A stretch of 64,000 nucleotides of DNA, taken from NCBI GenBank assembly GCA_000002435.2, contig CM018793.1. One strand, written 5' to 3'. The stretch is from Giardia intestinalis. Lineage: Eukaryota. Shown here piece after piece: positions 19,719-29,347 of the stretch. The position numbers and the translations under genes were made by a program. The notes under the pieces were generated by a model. It was not told the origin of the DNA and made no database searches. It saw only the letters and a program-made list of their open reading frames with translations. Position 1 is the first letter of the stretch, and every line of letters begins with the position of its first letter.

Positions 19719-20333
19719 ATGTCAACACTCGGTGAGCGCTACAAACTCGTGGTCCTGGGGAACGCGCGCGTGGGCAAGACATCCTTGATTGTCCGCTTAA
19801 CGACTAATGTGTTCAAAGACGCATGCACCCCCACCTATGGAGTGGATTGGTTCTATAAGGATATTGAGGTTCCTGACGGAAATGCCAAGGTTTCTCTCCA
19901 TATCTGGGACACGGGTGGGACGGAACACTACTCTGGAATGCAGCCACTCTATCTAAGGGGAGCTGTAGTCGTTTTATTATGCTATGATATGACTAATCGG
20001 TTATCATTCGAGAATCTATTATACTGGAAGGACCTTGCAGCTAATGTCAAGTCCGCAGAATTCTATTATCTAGTGGCAACAAAAAGCGATCAGGCAGAGC
20101 ACCGGGCTGTAAAGCAACAAGATGCAGAGCGTCTTTCAGTCCTTCTGGGATGCAGAGCATACTTTGAAGTCAGTGCGGCAGATGGCACTAACATAGACAA
20201 TCTACTGGGTAAGCTTGCACAGGACCTAAAGGGACGGATGGAGCTTAGCAAGACTTCGCCTCAAGTGGGTCCGCCAACAGTTGATGTTCAAGCCCTGACA
20301 AACGAATCACGTACCAAGGGGTGTTACTGCTAA
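19719..20333 (+). CDS. Rab-like small GTPase with a C-terminal CXC prenylation motif
   Basis: G1 is GNARVGKTS, switch I is TPTYGVDWF, G3 is WDTGGTE, G4 is TKSD, G5 is EVSAADG, and the C-terminus is ...KGCYC. G3 carries Thr where the catalytic Gln normally sits in DTAGQE. Confidence 0.8.
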   Translation: MSTLGERYKLVVLGNARVGKTSLIVRLTTNVFKDACTPTYGVDWFYKDIEVPDGNAKVSLHIWDTGGTEHYSGMQPLYLRGAVVVLLCYDMTNRLSFENLLYWKDLAANVKSAEFYYLVATKSDQAEHRAVKQQDAERLSVLLGCRAYFEVSAADGTNIDNLLGKLAQDLKGRMELSKTSPQVGPPTVDVQALTNESRTKGCYC

Positions 20334-20465
20334 AATGTATTAGCCAGTAGTTTACACAGAGGTACTGCAGTGATCTGCTCTTACAAAGTAACGCTGACTG
20401 GCGCGAAGAGTACAAAGGGTATCACTCTATTATGCTTTACGCCTAATGTAAATGTATTAGGTCTA

Positions 20466-22166
20466 TCAATCTGCATCAGTATTAAATAGAAGATCTTCTT
20501 GGTATTGTAATTCTTGATACTGTAATGGGAATGAGACAGAGAGGTCGTCTGTGGACGCCGGGCCTGCTTCTAGCTGACTGCTGCTGTGAGTGGAGTATAA
20601 GTTGCTTCTTTGCAGAGCAAGCTCAAGTGCCTGATTACTGGTAGACGAGTTTAGGTGCTCAGCTGACACGGATGTACTGGACCAGACGGCAAAGTCTGGA
20701 TGACTGCTAGAACAGGTGTCAAAGCCACCCAAAGGTGTGCCAACACTCATGTGTGTGTTGGAAGAGTGTGTCGACGTGCTGAAGCAATCGATAGAATCTG
20801 CTTCAAAGTTCTGACAAAGTGGAGGCTCATCGTCGCAGCAGCTTACATGCATTCTTGAGGCAGGACCTTGAGATGCTGCAAAACCAAGCTGGTCTGCACC
20901 AGACGTGGGACATGCCGCTGCCGAGATTGATGATTCTGATGGTGTTTGGGGAGCCGCAGAATATCGTAGTTTCCATACATACTTACCTGCCTCTTTTATC
21001 AGCTCTGCAGACGTCGTGCAAACGGGGCATATGCAGACAATATTGTGAATTGGGCTGAGCGGGTTCGGTGCGGAGGGTCTTCCAGAATCTCCTTTATGTA
21101 CTGAGCTAAAGGTAAGAATGTCACCAGCTCTCATGATACGGAGCGTTTGAATGCTTCCGCATTGTCTGCACAATGCATTCAGGTATGAACCTTCTTCGAG
21201 CTTTACTAGCCCAACAGTAGTGAAGATGGGCTCCGGTGACTTCTGTTCTTCGCGATGCTGATGCAGGGGATGTACCATAGAAGGTACAGATCCGCCTAGC
21301 TCACTAAAAACGAAAGGCAGTGTTATAGAACCAAAGTAGTTGATGGGGAAGGAGAATAAGCACCCACTCTCCATGTAAAGCAGCGGCACCCCAGTGGATT
21401 CCATGGGAGAATCTTTTGAGATCGCACTAGTTTCTACAGGTGAACGATGTTGAGAAATATTTGGATGCACTGGGCGATTGTGTGAAGGTAATAACAAGGG
21501 GCTTGGACTAGGGAGCTCGCCCTGTCCTGGCAGAGGGCCTGTGGGTGATAGAGGCGGACAGGGAAGCTGGATGAGGTAGGGTGGCAGCTCATTTAATTGT
21601 ACTTTTGCAGGAGACAGGATTTTCAATGGATCGAGAAGGACAGGCACTAGATGGGGCTCTTTATGGGCAGCTTCGGAAGATTTGTCCTTGCGTGCTGCAC
21701 GAGGAGACGCGGGACCATGTACTTTTTGCTTGGTGTCAGATTGACCTCTCTTCACGTCGTCCTTCATGAGCTCCTGCGCCCGTTTTATCATAATGACAAT
21801 GTTCTGGTGACTCTTGCTATGTATCTTAGAACGCTTTCGGTGTGTAGCCCTCACTAGGTTATGAAACTTACTTTTAATGGAATCTACGGTACGTGTTGGA
21901 AAGAACTGACGATACTGCGCCCAGTCGTTGCCAAAGTACATCAGAAAAAGCTTTAGGAGAAGCTCCTCGTCCTTCGTATCCCAGGTTGATGTACGTTTCA
22001 CGAGAACATTGTTCAATCCACAGGCTACAACCCCATCTGACATTGAACTTAGTGTGAACTTTGCCGAATTAAGAGGACATGCTTCTTGCTTGCAAGTACA
22101 TTTATTGTCCTTCGGATGTCGTGACTGTATACCATGTGACATACTAGTTGAGTTGGTAGAATACAT
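20466..22166 (-). CDS. Myb/SANT-like DNA-binding protein of 566 aa with a Ser/Pro-rich C-terminal half
   Basis: The N-terminal segment WDTKDEELLLKLFLMYFGNDWAQYRQFFPTRTVDSIKSKFHNLVR matches a Myb/SANT repeat with W..EED..L and a conserved spacing of aromatic residues. The ATG is preceded by the AT-rich tract ttaattaataa. Confidence 0.6.
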   Translation of the reverse strand: MYSTNSTSMSHGIQSRHPKDNKCTCKQEACPLNSAKFTLSSMSDGVVACGLNNVLVKRTSTWDTKDEELLLKLFLMYFGNDWAQYRQFFPTRTVDSIKSKFHNLVRATHRKRSKIHSKSHQNIVIMIKRAQELMKDDVKRGQSDTKQKVHGPASPRAARKDKSSEAAHKEPHLVPVLLDPLKILSPAKVQLNELPPYLIQLPCPPLSPTGPLPGQGELPSPSPLLLPSHNRPVHPNISQHRSPVETSAISKDSPMESTGVPLLYMESGCLFSFPINYFGSITLPFVFSELGGSVPSMVHPLHQHREEQKSPEPIFTTVGLVKLEEGSYLNALCRQCGSIQTLRIMRAGDILTFSSVHKGDSGRPSAPNPLSPIHNIVCICPVCTTSAELIKEAGKYVWKLRYSAAPQTPSESSISAAACPTSGADQLGFAASQGPASRMHVSCCDDEPPLCQNFEADSIDCFSTSTHSSNTHMSVGTPLGGFDTCSSSHPDFAVWSSTSVSAEHLNSSTSNQALELALQRSNLYSTHSSSQLEAGPASTDDLSVSFPLQYQELQYQEDLLFNTDAD

Positions 22167-22574
22167 TTATTAATTAAGAACCCAAAAAATGAATTATAAT
22201 AACTTGAGAAACGGGAATCTTGGAAACTGCAGAGACAAGCTTAGCCGTCGTGCAGAAATGAATCAGGTCACTAACTAGCGGGAGGTGCTTTAAAGAATAT
22301 TTATATGGATTTTTAAAAAGATACTTAAACTTTTTAGGATTGAATATTGATCTGCTGAAACGTTGCGAATAAACTATTCGCATTCGTATATGTATGAGAA
22401 GAATGTGTTAGTATGCGTTGCGCTAATTGTTATAAACTTAAAACCCGCAACTTGGTTATGTCTGTGGCCGACGAAGAAGACCTCCTGAATTAACCTCTGG
22501 CGTTAACTTGCCTCTCCTTACCCCAGATTCCGGTTCCAGATTAATCAAACTTTTTCAATTGCAATTAAATCCTC

Positions 22575-22898
22575 TTAGAGTATATCCAGAGATATAACTT
22601 TGACTATATACGTTGCAGACTGGGGCGCGTTTCCACAATGAGCAAGACTAGTCGGTACAATGTAATGGAAAACGCTATGAAGAGATTGGAAGCGATCTTC
22701 ACATAATGTATGGAGCTTCGCTGATGGAGCCCTGGGGCTCACTGTTGTCTCGAGCCAGCATTTGTAGAGACCCACAGACTCAACGGCGTTGTAGAATACT
22801 GGGGGCTTTAGAGGCATTCGCCCGTTCTTTAAATATTCACCAAAAAAGTCCCTGTAGACCGTTGTAGCGTAGAAGACAGTAGCCAGTAGTCTCACCAT
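22575..22898 (-). CDS. Hypothetical small protein of 107 aa
   Basis: This is an isolated ORF in a 1.1-kb AT-rich intergenic region. Its ATG is preceded by the initiator-like tract gtaattaaATG. No homology was recognised. Confidence 0.25.
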   Translation of the reverse strand: MVRLLATVFYATTVYRDFFGEYLKNGRMPLKPPVFYNAVESVGLYKCWLETTVSPRAPSAKLHTLCEDRFQSLHSVFHYIVPTSLAHCGNAPQSATYIVKVISLDIL

Positions 22899-23322
22899 TT
22901 AATTACAAGCCCTTCCTTATCAAATGATACCATCACTGGGCACAATATATTTTTTTCTTGAACTAAGGATATAACAACTACTCTAGCCAGACTTTCCTGC
23001 TCCACGTTACCGATACTCACACCTGGGACGTACTTGTTTGTCTGGATAAGTAGTTTGCACTATTAACGGCCTGAATTGCGACCCGCAATTTCATTTTTAC
23101 CTTAGAATGAATGACTTATCACAACAACAAAACAGGAGAGTCCCCAAAAGTTGTTATTTACAATACTAGCAAGCAGAACCTAAGAGTATTGCATAATAAC
23201 GATCAGAGACAGAAACACGAGGCCGTCTTAAAAAGGCGGTTGTTCTTTTTGGGAAACAAGGCAATACACCCCCAGTGCACAGGAAGCTAGGTGCCGTTTG
23301 TCACGTGCATACCCTTTGTGTG

Positions 23323-24741
23323 CTACTTTTTAATGTGCAGCACCCTATTCGGCCGTTTTCGGGATGCTCCGTAGACCGTGTCTCCATAGGCCCTTGCTAT
23401 TTCGTTCCAGATGTCCAGCGTCATCTGATTTGTGGCAAATATATCCAGAACGTCCTTGTACTCATCTTCTGCACGAGGAATATACAGGCTTGTCAACGGT
23501 TTAATTGTTGGACAAAATAAGATGGAATTATCCTCGCGAAACGGACAAAGAACCCGTGTAGCTATGCACCAGCGTTCAGTATCTTCGTAATAGCGAAAGG
23601 TTTTTGACAGAGATTCGCGGGATTCGTCCGCAGGGGTGAGACAAAAGGGCAAACACCTCCAGTCAGTCGGGAATGCCTCATTCACGGTGTTTCGTGGCCC
23701 AAAATTGAACTCTATAGACCCATACAAGAATGAGGAGCCTGCTGCATAGTATCTATCATGGGGGAGGTTGTGAATAGTACACCTAGGTTTTCCATTGACG
23801 AAAAAAGTGGCAAAGGATCCCTTAGAAAGCGGCCTAAGGTCATCCTTTTGAGCTTCAGCATTCTTTTTTCTCGATGGTATACCGGATTCATCAGCACTGG
23901 ATAGCTGGGATGCTTCTAAAGTTATCTGCATGCTTGTATTCTGACTAGGTATGGTGGCCTTTGTTCCTGACTTAACAAGTGACTTTTCATGGCTCTTATC
24001 AATACCCAGCTCAACCTCTTTTGGTAACTCTGGCAAGTCTGGGTTTTTAGGCAGATGGAGCAGGACACCAATGGTGTCACCTGGCCCGTAGAAAAAGGGT
24101 CCTCGAGAGACGTTTTCGGCTAGTCCATCTGATGGGAAAAATTCTACGTATGTGTGCACGGCATTGCTATCTGACAATGTGTTGTCAAAGAGGGCAGCAT
24201 CCTTTGCATCCTCTTCAGCAAGCACCATAGAAAGTGTCTCGCCAGGCTTCCGGGCCCTCCGCGCCAATCTTGTGTTGCTGGTGTGTCTCTCCCTTAGATG
24301 GCAGAGGCTTCCGTCGACAGACCGAAGACCAAACCCATAGGAATCATATCCCACGGCCCAGCCCGTTTCAAGCTCAGAACATGCTATGCCGATACGCCAC
24401 TGTGGTCGATACTGTAGTTCAGAAATGGCGTTTATTTCCTCCTCTGTGATGTCCATCGGTGGATGGGGCATTGCTTCGAAGTAGAACGTCCCGCCCGAAA
24501 CGCCGTGGGTGGAGCGGCAGGACCGATATCCCTGGGTTCCATACATAGTAAGTTGGTCCTTACTGAGCTGTATGGCGTGATCTCTGCAGATCTCATTGAG
24601 ACACACATTACCCAGATTAATCGGATTGGTATCGCCGACGTACTCCTTCAGTCGTTTAAGAATATTGTAGGTCATCAGCTGGTCTTGTGTAAATGCTCCA
24701 AGGGCTGGGATTTGTGGTTGATCTAAGGGCTTCTCTGACAT
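23323..24741 (-). CDS. ASH2-like SPRY-domain protein, a candidate COMPASS/Set1 complex subunit
   Basis: SPRY blocks align with ASH2L/Bre2. GYRSCRSTHGVSGGTFYFEA matches GYSMVRASHGV..WYFEI. WRIGIACSE...GYDSYGFGLRSVDGSLCH and GDTIGVLLHLPKN also align. The split second half, FFVNGKPRCTIHNLPHDRYYAAGSSFLYGSIEFNFGPR, completes the domain. The start is set at the second Met, ATG at 24741-24739, which is preceded by tctcaaaatttaATG. The track ORF extends 72 nt further to 24813 and would overlap the neighbouring gene start. Confidence 0.6.
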   Translation of the reverse strand: MSEKPLDQPQIPALGAFTQDQLMTYNILKRLKEYVGDTNPINLGNVCLNEICRDHAIQLSKDQLTMYGTQGYRSCRSTHGVSGGTFYFEAMPHPPMDITEEEINAISELQYRPQWRIGIACSELETGWAVGYDSYGFGLRSVDGSLCHLRERHTSNTRLARRARKPGETLSMVLAEEDAKDAALFDNTLSDSNAVHTYVEFFPSDGLAENVSRGPFFYGPGDTIGVLLHLPKNPDLPELPKEVELGIDKSHEKSLVKSGTKATIPSQNTSMQITLEASQLSSADESGIPSRKKNAEAQKDDLRPLSKGSFATFFVNGKPRCTIHNLPHDRYYAAGSSFLYGSIEFNFGPRNTVNEAFPTDWRCLPFCLTPADESRESLSKTFRYYEDTERWCIATRVLCPFREDNSILFCPTIKPLTSLYIPRAEDEYKDVLDIFATNQMTLDIWNEIARAYGDTVYGASRKRPNRVLHIKK

Positions 24742-24797
24742 TAAATTTTGAGACGATGTTCTAATGGGAGTTTCAGACTGCAATAGACACCAGAGCG

Positions 24798-27203
24798 ATG
24801 ACGATAGAAGCATGGTGTAGCTCAGGCGAGGCTGGAACGAAACAAACTATGACTGATTGTGACTCTGTGTTATCTTTCTTAAGAATAAATATTCTCATGA
24901 AGGATACAGTCTATCCAGAAGATGCCGAAATCGCGCGGTTAGAACGCATCCTTGGCAAAGGTGCACAGTACGCTCTTCAGGAATATGGCTTCGAGGACCT
25001 TTTTGCGCCTGGACAGAGTTCTTTTATCTATAATGAATCTGGCGAATCTACAGGTAACGACAGCCTAGCGTCATCAGTCTACAGCGCAGACTCTGAAGAG
25101 CATCACCTCCCTGCATTTCTGCACCCTCCAGAGGATGCCCCTATCACGGAGACCGTCACTTGTGAAGCCCCCGGACCCAATATCCTTGGCATAGCGTCGT
25201 CTTCAATTACTAAGTATATGAATAAGCTAGTAGAAACCAATATAGAAGAGGTCGTTGATGGAATCCTTGCTTCGCGGCCTTTTTATGAAACAGATGGCTA
25301 TATGGGAGTTGACCTTGCAAACATTATTGTGGCCAGTATAGCAAACTCATATGATCAATCCTCAACAATGGGGGCACTTCTTGGCGCTTTTTTATATTGC
25401 TTGCACCTCAAGAACTCACAAGTTTGTCACGCATGCGTGAGTAACCTCTACGTGAACCTTCACGATACCATAGCAAATGCACCGATCTACTCTACAACTA
25501 CTGAACTCACTTTTATGCAGAGCCTTACAGAGGAAAGTGACTCTGAAGCCCTAGTCAGCAATCTTGTTGAGGCCCTGTCATACGCCATAGCGTTCCGTGG
25601 GGCTGCGGTAACCCCTCTGGGCAACCTCTTAGAGACCATGCTGCACTGCCAAGTAATCATCACTCTGGTGACTGAGGAAAGCACGACCGTCGTGGAGTTT
25701 CATGTGTTGAGCCCAGCGGTATACAAACTGCTGAGTAGGATTTTGCGAATAGCAGCATCTTTGCTGCTTAGTCTCTGCCCTCTCCAGTATAAAGCCTTAA
25801 GCAAACAAATTACACATGACTCTGGGGTGATGAAACAGATACTTCTCTCCCCGCACGCCTCGCTAGAACAACGGCGATTTGCCACAAGACTGCAGGTCTA
25901 TGAAGCAATGATCAAAGAAGCTAGATCTTTGGGGCTGCATACAAAGAAAGATGTGCCAGTCGCTCCCAATCTACGTGGTATCTACGAATTCATGCATAGC
26001 ATGAAGAGTGGAAAGCAGGCTACATTGCAAGAGCAAAGCCTCAACGACTGCTTTGCCATCGTCAGTCAGATAAAGAAATTCCCACATGACAAGCATATAG
26101 AGCCAAATCTGTTAGAGAAGGGCCAAGAGAGTAGTCTACGGTCTGTCGGCGCCATTATGTCGCTTCTATGGGATATGCTTTTAACTAAGGCGATAGCAGA
26201 GGAGTTCACCAGCGGTCCCTTACGACATAGACCTGTGAACTCAAATGGCCTTCGGTATTCTGAGGGAGAACTTATTGCTTGCAAATATTTCTGCTTCATA
26301 TTTGATGACATAGCGCAGAAACTTGTGGACCCAGAGAGATTCAGTGCTGCATGGAGGAATGCATACAGAACCGAGGGCCCTTCTAATACTATGTTGGACG
26401 CCTTCACTAACTATGTTTCTAAGCAACTCTCTTATCTCTCTTCGCAAGAGGGTATTGAACACAGTATAAAAACTTATCTGGATAAGCCGCTTCAAAAGCT
26501 CACCGTCCCCTCACTTTTTTCTATTATATTAACTGTTAATGCAGATCGTTCGTATACTGACCATACCTTGATACTATTATTACGAAGCATTATCGCTGCA
26601 CCAGGAAGACATGATTTCCGTTATCAGCTGGGACTTGCCATCTGGGATTATGTGGCCGGTCTTCAAAACAACAGCAGGCAGATCACCAACACGGCGCGCA
26701 TCGTAGGGTACCTTTTGGGATGCCCAACTGAATCGGGGATCCACGGAATATCTTATAGCATTCTAAAGAAGCACGTCCTATGTGACAGCAGCAGCATTCA
26801 GACTAAGTCTACTAGAAGTACATTACCTCTGGCCGTTCGCACTTTCTACGACTTTCTCTTTTGCTTCCTACTAACAGGAAAAACGCATAGACTTGAGAAC
26901 TCATCCGGGACTGACATCTATCATTCGCGGATGGCGTTTGGTCCCCTCATTGGCCACGTCGACCAGGGCTTATTAATATACAATAAGTATGAAGAGAAAG
27001 AAACAGATGGTATGGGCCGTGTACGCCGTGGCACATTACTGTATCTGGACGATCTTCTGGCCGCTTACACCCAAGGGGATAAAACCGTGCGTAAAATAGT
27101 AAGTCACTTGTATGCAGATGGAGCCGTTTTCGAGGAGCATTGCAAGAAGTTGGTGGGCCTCCTGCTCGAAAAGGTCGGGCTTGCAGTAACCAACAGGGTT
27201 TAG
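24798..27203 (+). CDS. Hypothetical protein of 801 aa
   Basis: This is a long uninterrupted ORF whose composition resembles its neighbours. No motif was recognised. The start could instead be the ATG at 24852. Confidence 0.5.
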   Translation: MTIEAWCSSGEAGTKQTMTDCDSVLSFLRINILMKDTVYPEDAEIARLERILGKGAQYALQEYGFEDLFAPGQSSFIYNESGESTGNDSLASSVYSADSEEHHLPAFLHPPEDAPITETVTCEAPGPNILGIASSSITKYMNKLVETNIEEVVDGILASRPFYETDGYMGVDLANIIVASIANSYDQSSTMGALLGAFLYCLHLKNSQVCHACVSNLYVNLHDTIANAPIYSTTTELTFMQSLTEESDSEALVSNLVEALSYAIAFRGAAVTPLGNLLETMLHCQVIITLVTEESTTVVEFHVLSPAVYKLLSRILRIAASLLLSLCPLQYKALSKQITHDSGVMKQILLSPHASLEQRRFATRLQVYEAMIKEARSLGLHTKKDVPVAPNLRGIYEFMHSMKSGKQATLQEQSLNDCFAIVSQIKKFPHDKHIEPNLLEKGQESSLRSVGAIMSLLWDMLLTKAIAEEFTSGPLRHRPVNSNGLRYSEGELIACKYFCFIFDDIAQKLVDPERFSAAWRNAYRTEGPSNTMLDAFTNYVSKQLSYLSSQEGIEHSIKTYLDKPLQKLTVPSLFSIILTVNADRSYTDHTLILLLRSIIAAPGRHDFRYQLGLAIWDYVAGLQNNSRQITNTARIVGYLLGCPTESGIHGISYSILKKHVLCDSSSIQTKSTRSTLPLAVRTFYDFLFCFLLTGKTHRLENSSGTDIYHSRMAFGPLIGHVDQGLLIYNKYEEKETDGMGRVRRGTLLYLDDLLAAYTQGDKTVRKIVSHLYADGAVFEEHCKKLVGLLLEKVGLAVTNRV

Positions 27204-27228
27204 TGCTGAATCAAAAAAAGAGAGAGAA

Positions 27229-29235
27229 ATGAAGAAGCAATATTTGAGGCAAGGGACCGTTGCCGTGAACTGGCTTCAGCTGTATGAACTAGATTTTCCT
27301 TCCATCCTGGCATCGGACGCGACTGATGAGCTTACAAAGATCAGCACGCAGCTTTTGTATGGGGACTTTCGGTCACTCAGCGACCCTCAGTACCACACTT
27401 ACTGCTATGCAGCCTTGCAGGCTCTGCAGATGTATGGCCAGTACCTTGCTGGAATATATCACGAACAAGCAGAGAAGCTAACAGAAGCCCAGAATTTTTA
27501 TCTTAAAGCAGAAGCGGCCCCGGAAACCCTAAAGAAACGCCTAGAGGAGTACCAAGCGGAGAACAAGCACCTTAAGGAGGTAATACGCAACATAACTCAG
27601 ATGAATGCGTCCCTACTGAAGAGGTTTGTGTGCCTTAGGGATCAGTTTAACTCTGTTGTTCCTCTCCTGCAATTGCTTCCCAAGTGCCGCTGTGGCAAGA
27701 CATTTATCAGTAAGGATACTCTTCTTCATCATATGAAGGTATCTCATCCCCATTGGCCGATTCCTCCAGAGTATGAGGAGAGGTATTTTGTCGCTCCTCA
27801 GAAGCCTAGGCGAATAGCGAAGACAAGATTGGTTGAGAGCGCAAGGAGCTACCAGCGTAGCGACAGTGGTAATGACGATGAAGCCTGTTACGAGAGTCAA
27901 GACTCTGATCCTGAGCCCCCGGGTAAGGCGGAAGCCTTTCACAGAGCCTCTAAAAGATCAAAGCGACAGACACGCGTGGTCACATCACCAGTCCCGCGAT
28001 CCTACTCAAATAACGGCGAGTATAGTTCTGCGCATGGAAAAATCCTAGAGAGCTCTTATGAGCCACCACGATCGTACTCTTCATATGTTCCGCAGTCTCA
28101 AGTTATAACTGCAAGATCCAACCATTCCTCAGCGCCAACTGCTGTGCACGTGGTCCCCGGACCCAAAGAACATGGCCAGTTGCAGTACATAATTCCGCAT
28201 AACGTCTCACCAGGACATGTGGCTGCGTCAGAGTCTACCCACAATAACCTCAAAAGTGATGAACTCGAGGCACTGGTCGAACGGGCCATTGCACGTAGCT
28301 TGAGCACTTATAAGGCCACTTTCCAACCCACTGGCTGCGCTGCTGATGACGATAGCCAAAGGGGCGCACCTCTCCCTCCCCCTATCATGACTTCGTGTGG
28401 GCCTCCCTACTTGAGCAGTCAGGTTGGAGAACAGCAGACACTGCTGTATCAACCAGAGGACTACGAAATATGCCCTACTAGCAAGACAGAGCTGAAATCT
28501 CCGATAGGCTTCCGACAGACTGCTGCGCCAGCCACTGATATGACTAGGACTGCTCGTCTAGAGCAAGCTTCCGAGGCGGCAAGTAGTGTGAAGCCACCGC
28601 CCTATGCACTCGTCCCAAACTATGTCTCCTCACAATTGGGCTCAGAGTCACTACAATCCTTACATGAAAGAGACCCATTTTCAGGACAAGCGAGCGTGCC
28701 CTCACAACACCAGACGAATCCGGCATCTAGTGTAGCGCCGATCAATCCTACAATACTCCAAGCCACAGCACCTGTAGTCACGCTAAATCCAAGTGCCACC
28801 TTTGTCCATCCTCCGGATAACATTCTTAGCCCGTTGCACAATAAGCAGAAGGTAGAGCAGCAGAATCAAGAGTCCCAGGCGCACGCTCCTGCAGCCATCA
28901 GCCAAGTAAGTAGAGAAAGCACCCTGTTCGCCGAAGACCCAGAGCCTCAGCCAGACACGTCTACAGCAGAAAATATTGCACATATAAATGACGCCTTGAC
29001 AGAGCATGTAAGGGAAACTTGGCCGGAGCTTTTTCAGAAGCCCGAGGCTCTTCCGTACAATCTGGACTTAACCGAGCCGGAGATTCTTCGTCGGATAAGT
29101 GTGCTGAATAGGAGCATTAACAACGCCGTCGCTGCAAACAATATTATGCACTCTAGCCTTTCGGGCTATCATTCCTCTCTCAGCACGTATGAAGAATTTG
29201 GAAGCACCATAAATGACCTCTCACATAGATCGTGA
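27229..29235 (+). CDS. Coiled-coil, Ser/Pro/Gln-rich protein with one C2H2-like zinc-finger element
   Basis: An N-terminal heptad-like region reads LKAEAAPETLKKRLEEYQAENKHLKEVIRNI. The zinc-finger-like element is CRCGKTFISKDTLLHHMKVSH. The ATG lies 25 nt after the upstream gene's stop, behind the tract aatcaaaaaaagagagagaaATG. Confidence 0.5.
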   Translation: MKKQYLRQGTVAVNWLQLYELDFPSILASDATDELTKISTQLLYGDFRSLSDPQYHTYCYAALQALQMYGQYLAGIYHEQAEKLTEAQNFYLKAEAAPETLKKRLEEYQAENKHLKEVIRNITQMNASLLKRFVCLRDQFNSVVPLLQLLPKCRCGKTFISKDTLLHHMKVSHPHWPIPPEYEERYFVAPQKPRRIAKTRLVESARSYQRSDSGNDDEACYESQDSDPEPPGKAEAFHRASKRSKRQTRVVTSPVPRSYSNNGEYSSAHGKILESSYEPPRSYSSYVPQSQVITARSNHSSAPTAVHVVPGPKEHGQLQYIIPHNVSPGHVAASESTHNNLKSDELEALVERAIARSLSTYKATFQPTGCAADDDSQRGAPLPPPIMTSCGPPYLSSQVGEQQTLLYQPEDYEICPTSKTELKSPIGFRQTAAPATDMTRTARLEQASEAASSVKPPPYALVPNYVSSQLGSESLQSLHERDPFSGQASVPSQHQTNPASSVAPINPTILQATAPVVTLNPSATFVHPPDNILSPLHNKQKVEQQNQESQAHAPAAISQVSRESTLFAEDPEPQPDTSTAENIAHINDALTEHVRETWPELFQKPEALPYNLDLTEPEILRRISVLNRSINNAVAANNIMHSSLSGYHSSLSTYEEFGSTINDLSHRS

Positions 29236-29347
29236 ATCAACGCTCTCATGGCTGCTTAGAATGGTGAGGAACATATGCTGAGTACTGACTAGCACATTCT
29301 CACTATGCAAATTGACGGTATGTAACGCAATCCCGATTTACTCTTTA

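Noticed and set aside
24798-24813. An apparent head-to-head overlap of two start codons, the 801-aa gene on plus at 24798 and the SPRY gene on minus at 24813.
   Set aside because: The minus-strand ORF has a second Met at 24741 preceded by a strong AT-rich initiator, tctcaaaatttaATG. The 24813 ATG has a GC-rich context. Using 24741 removes the overlap and leaves a 56-bp divergent spacer.
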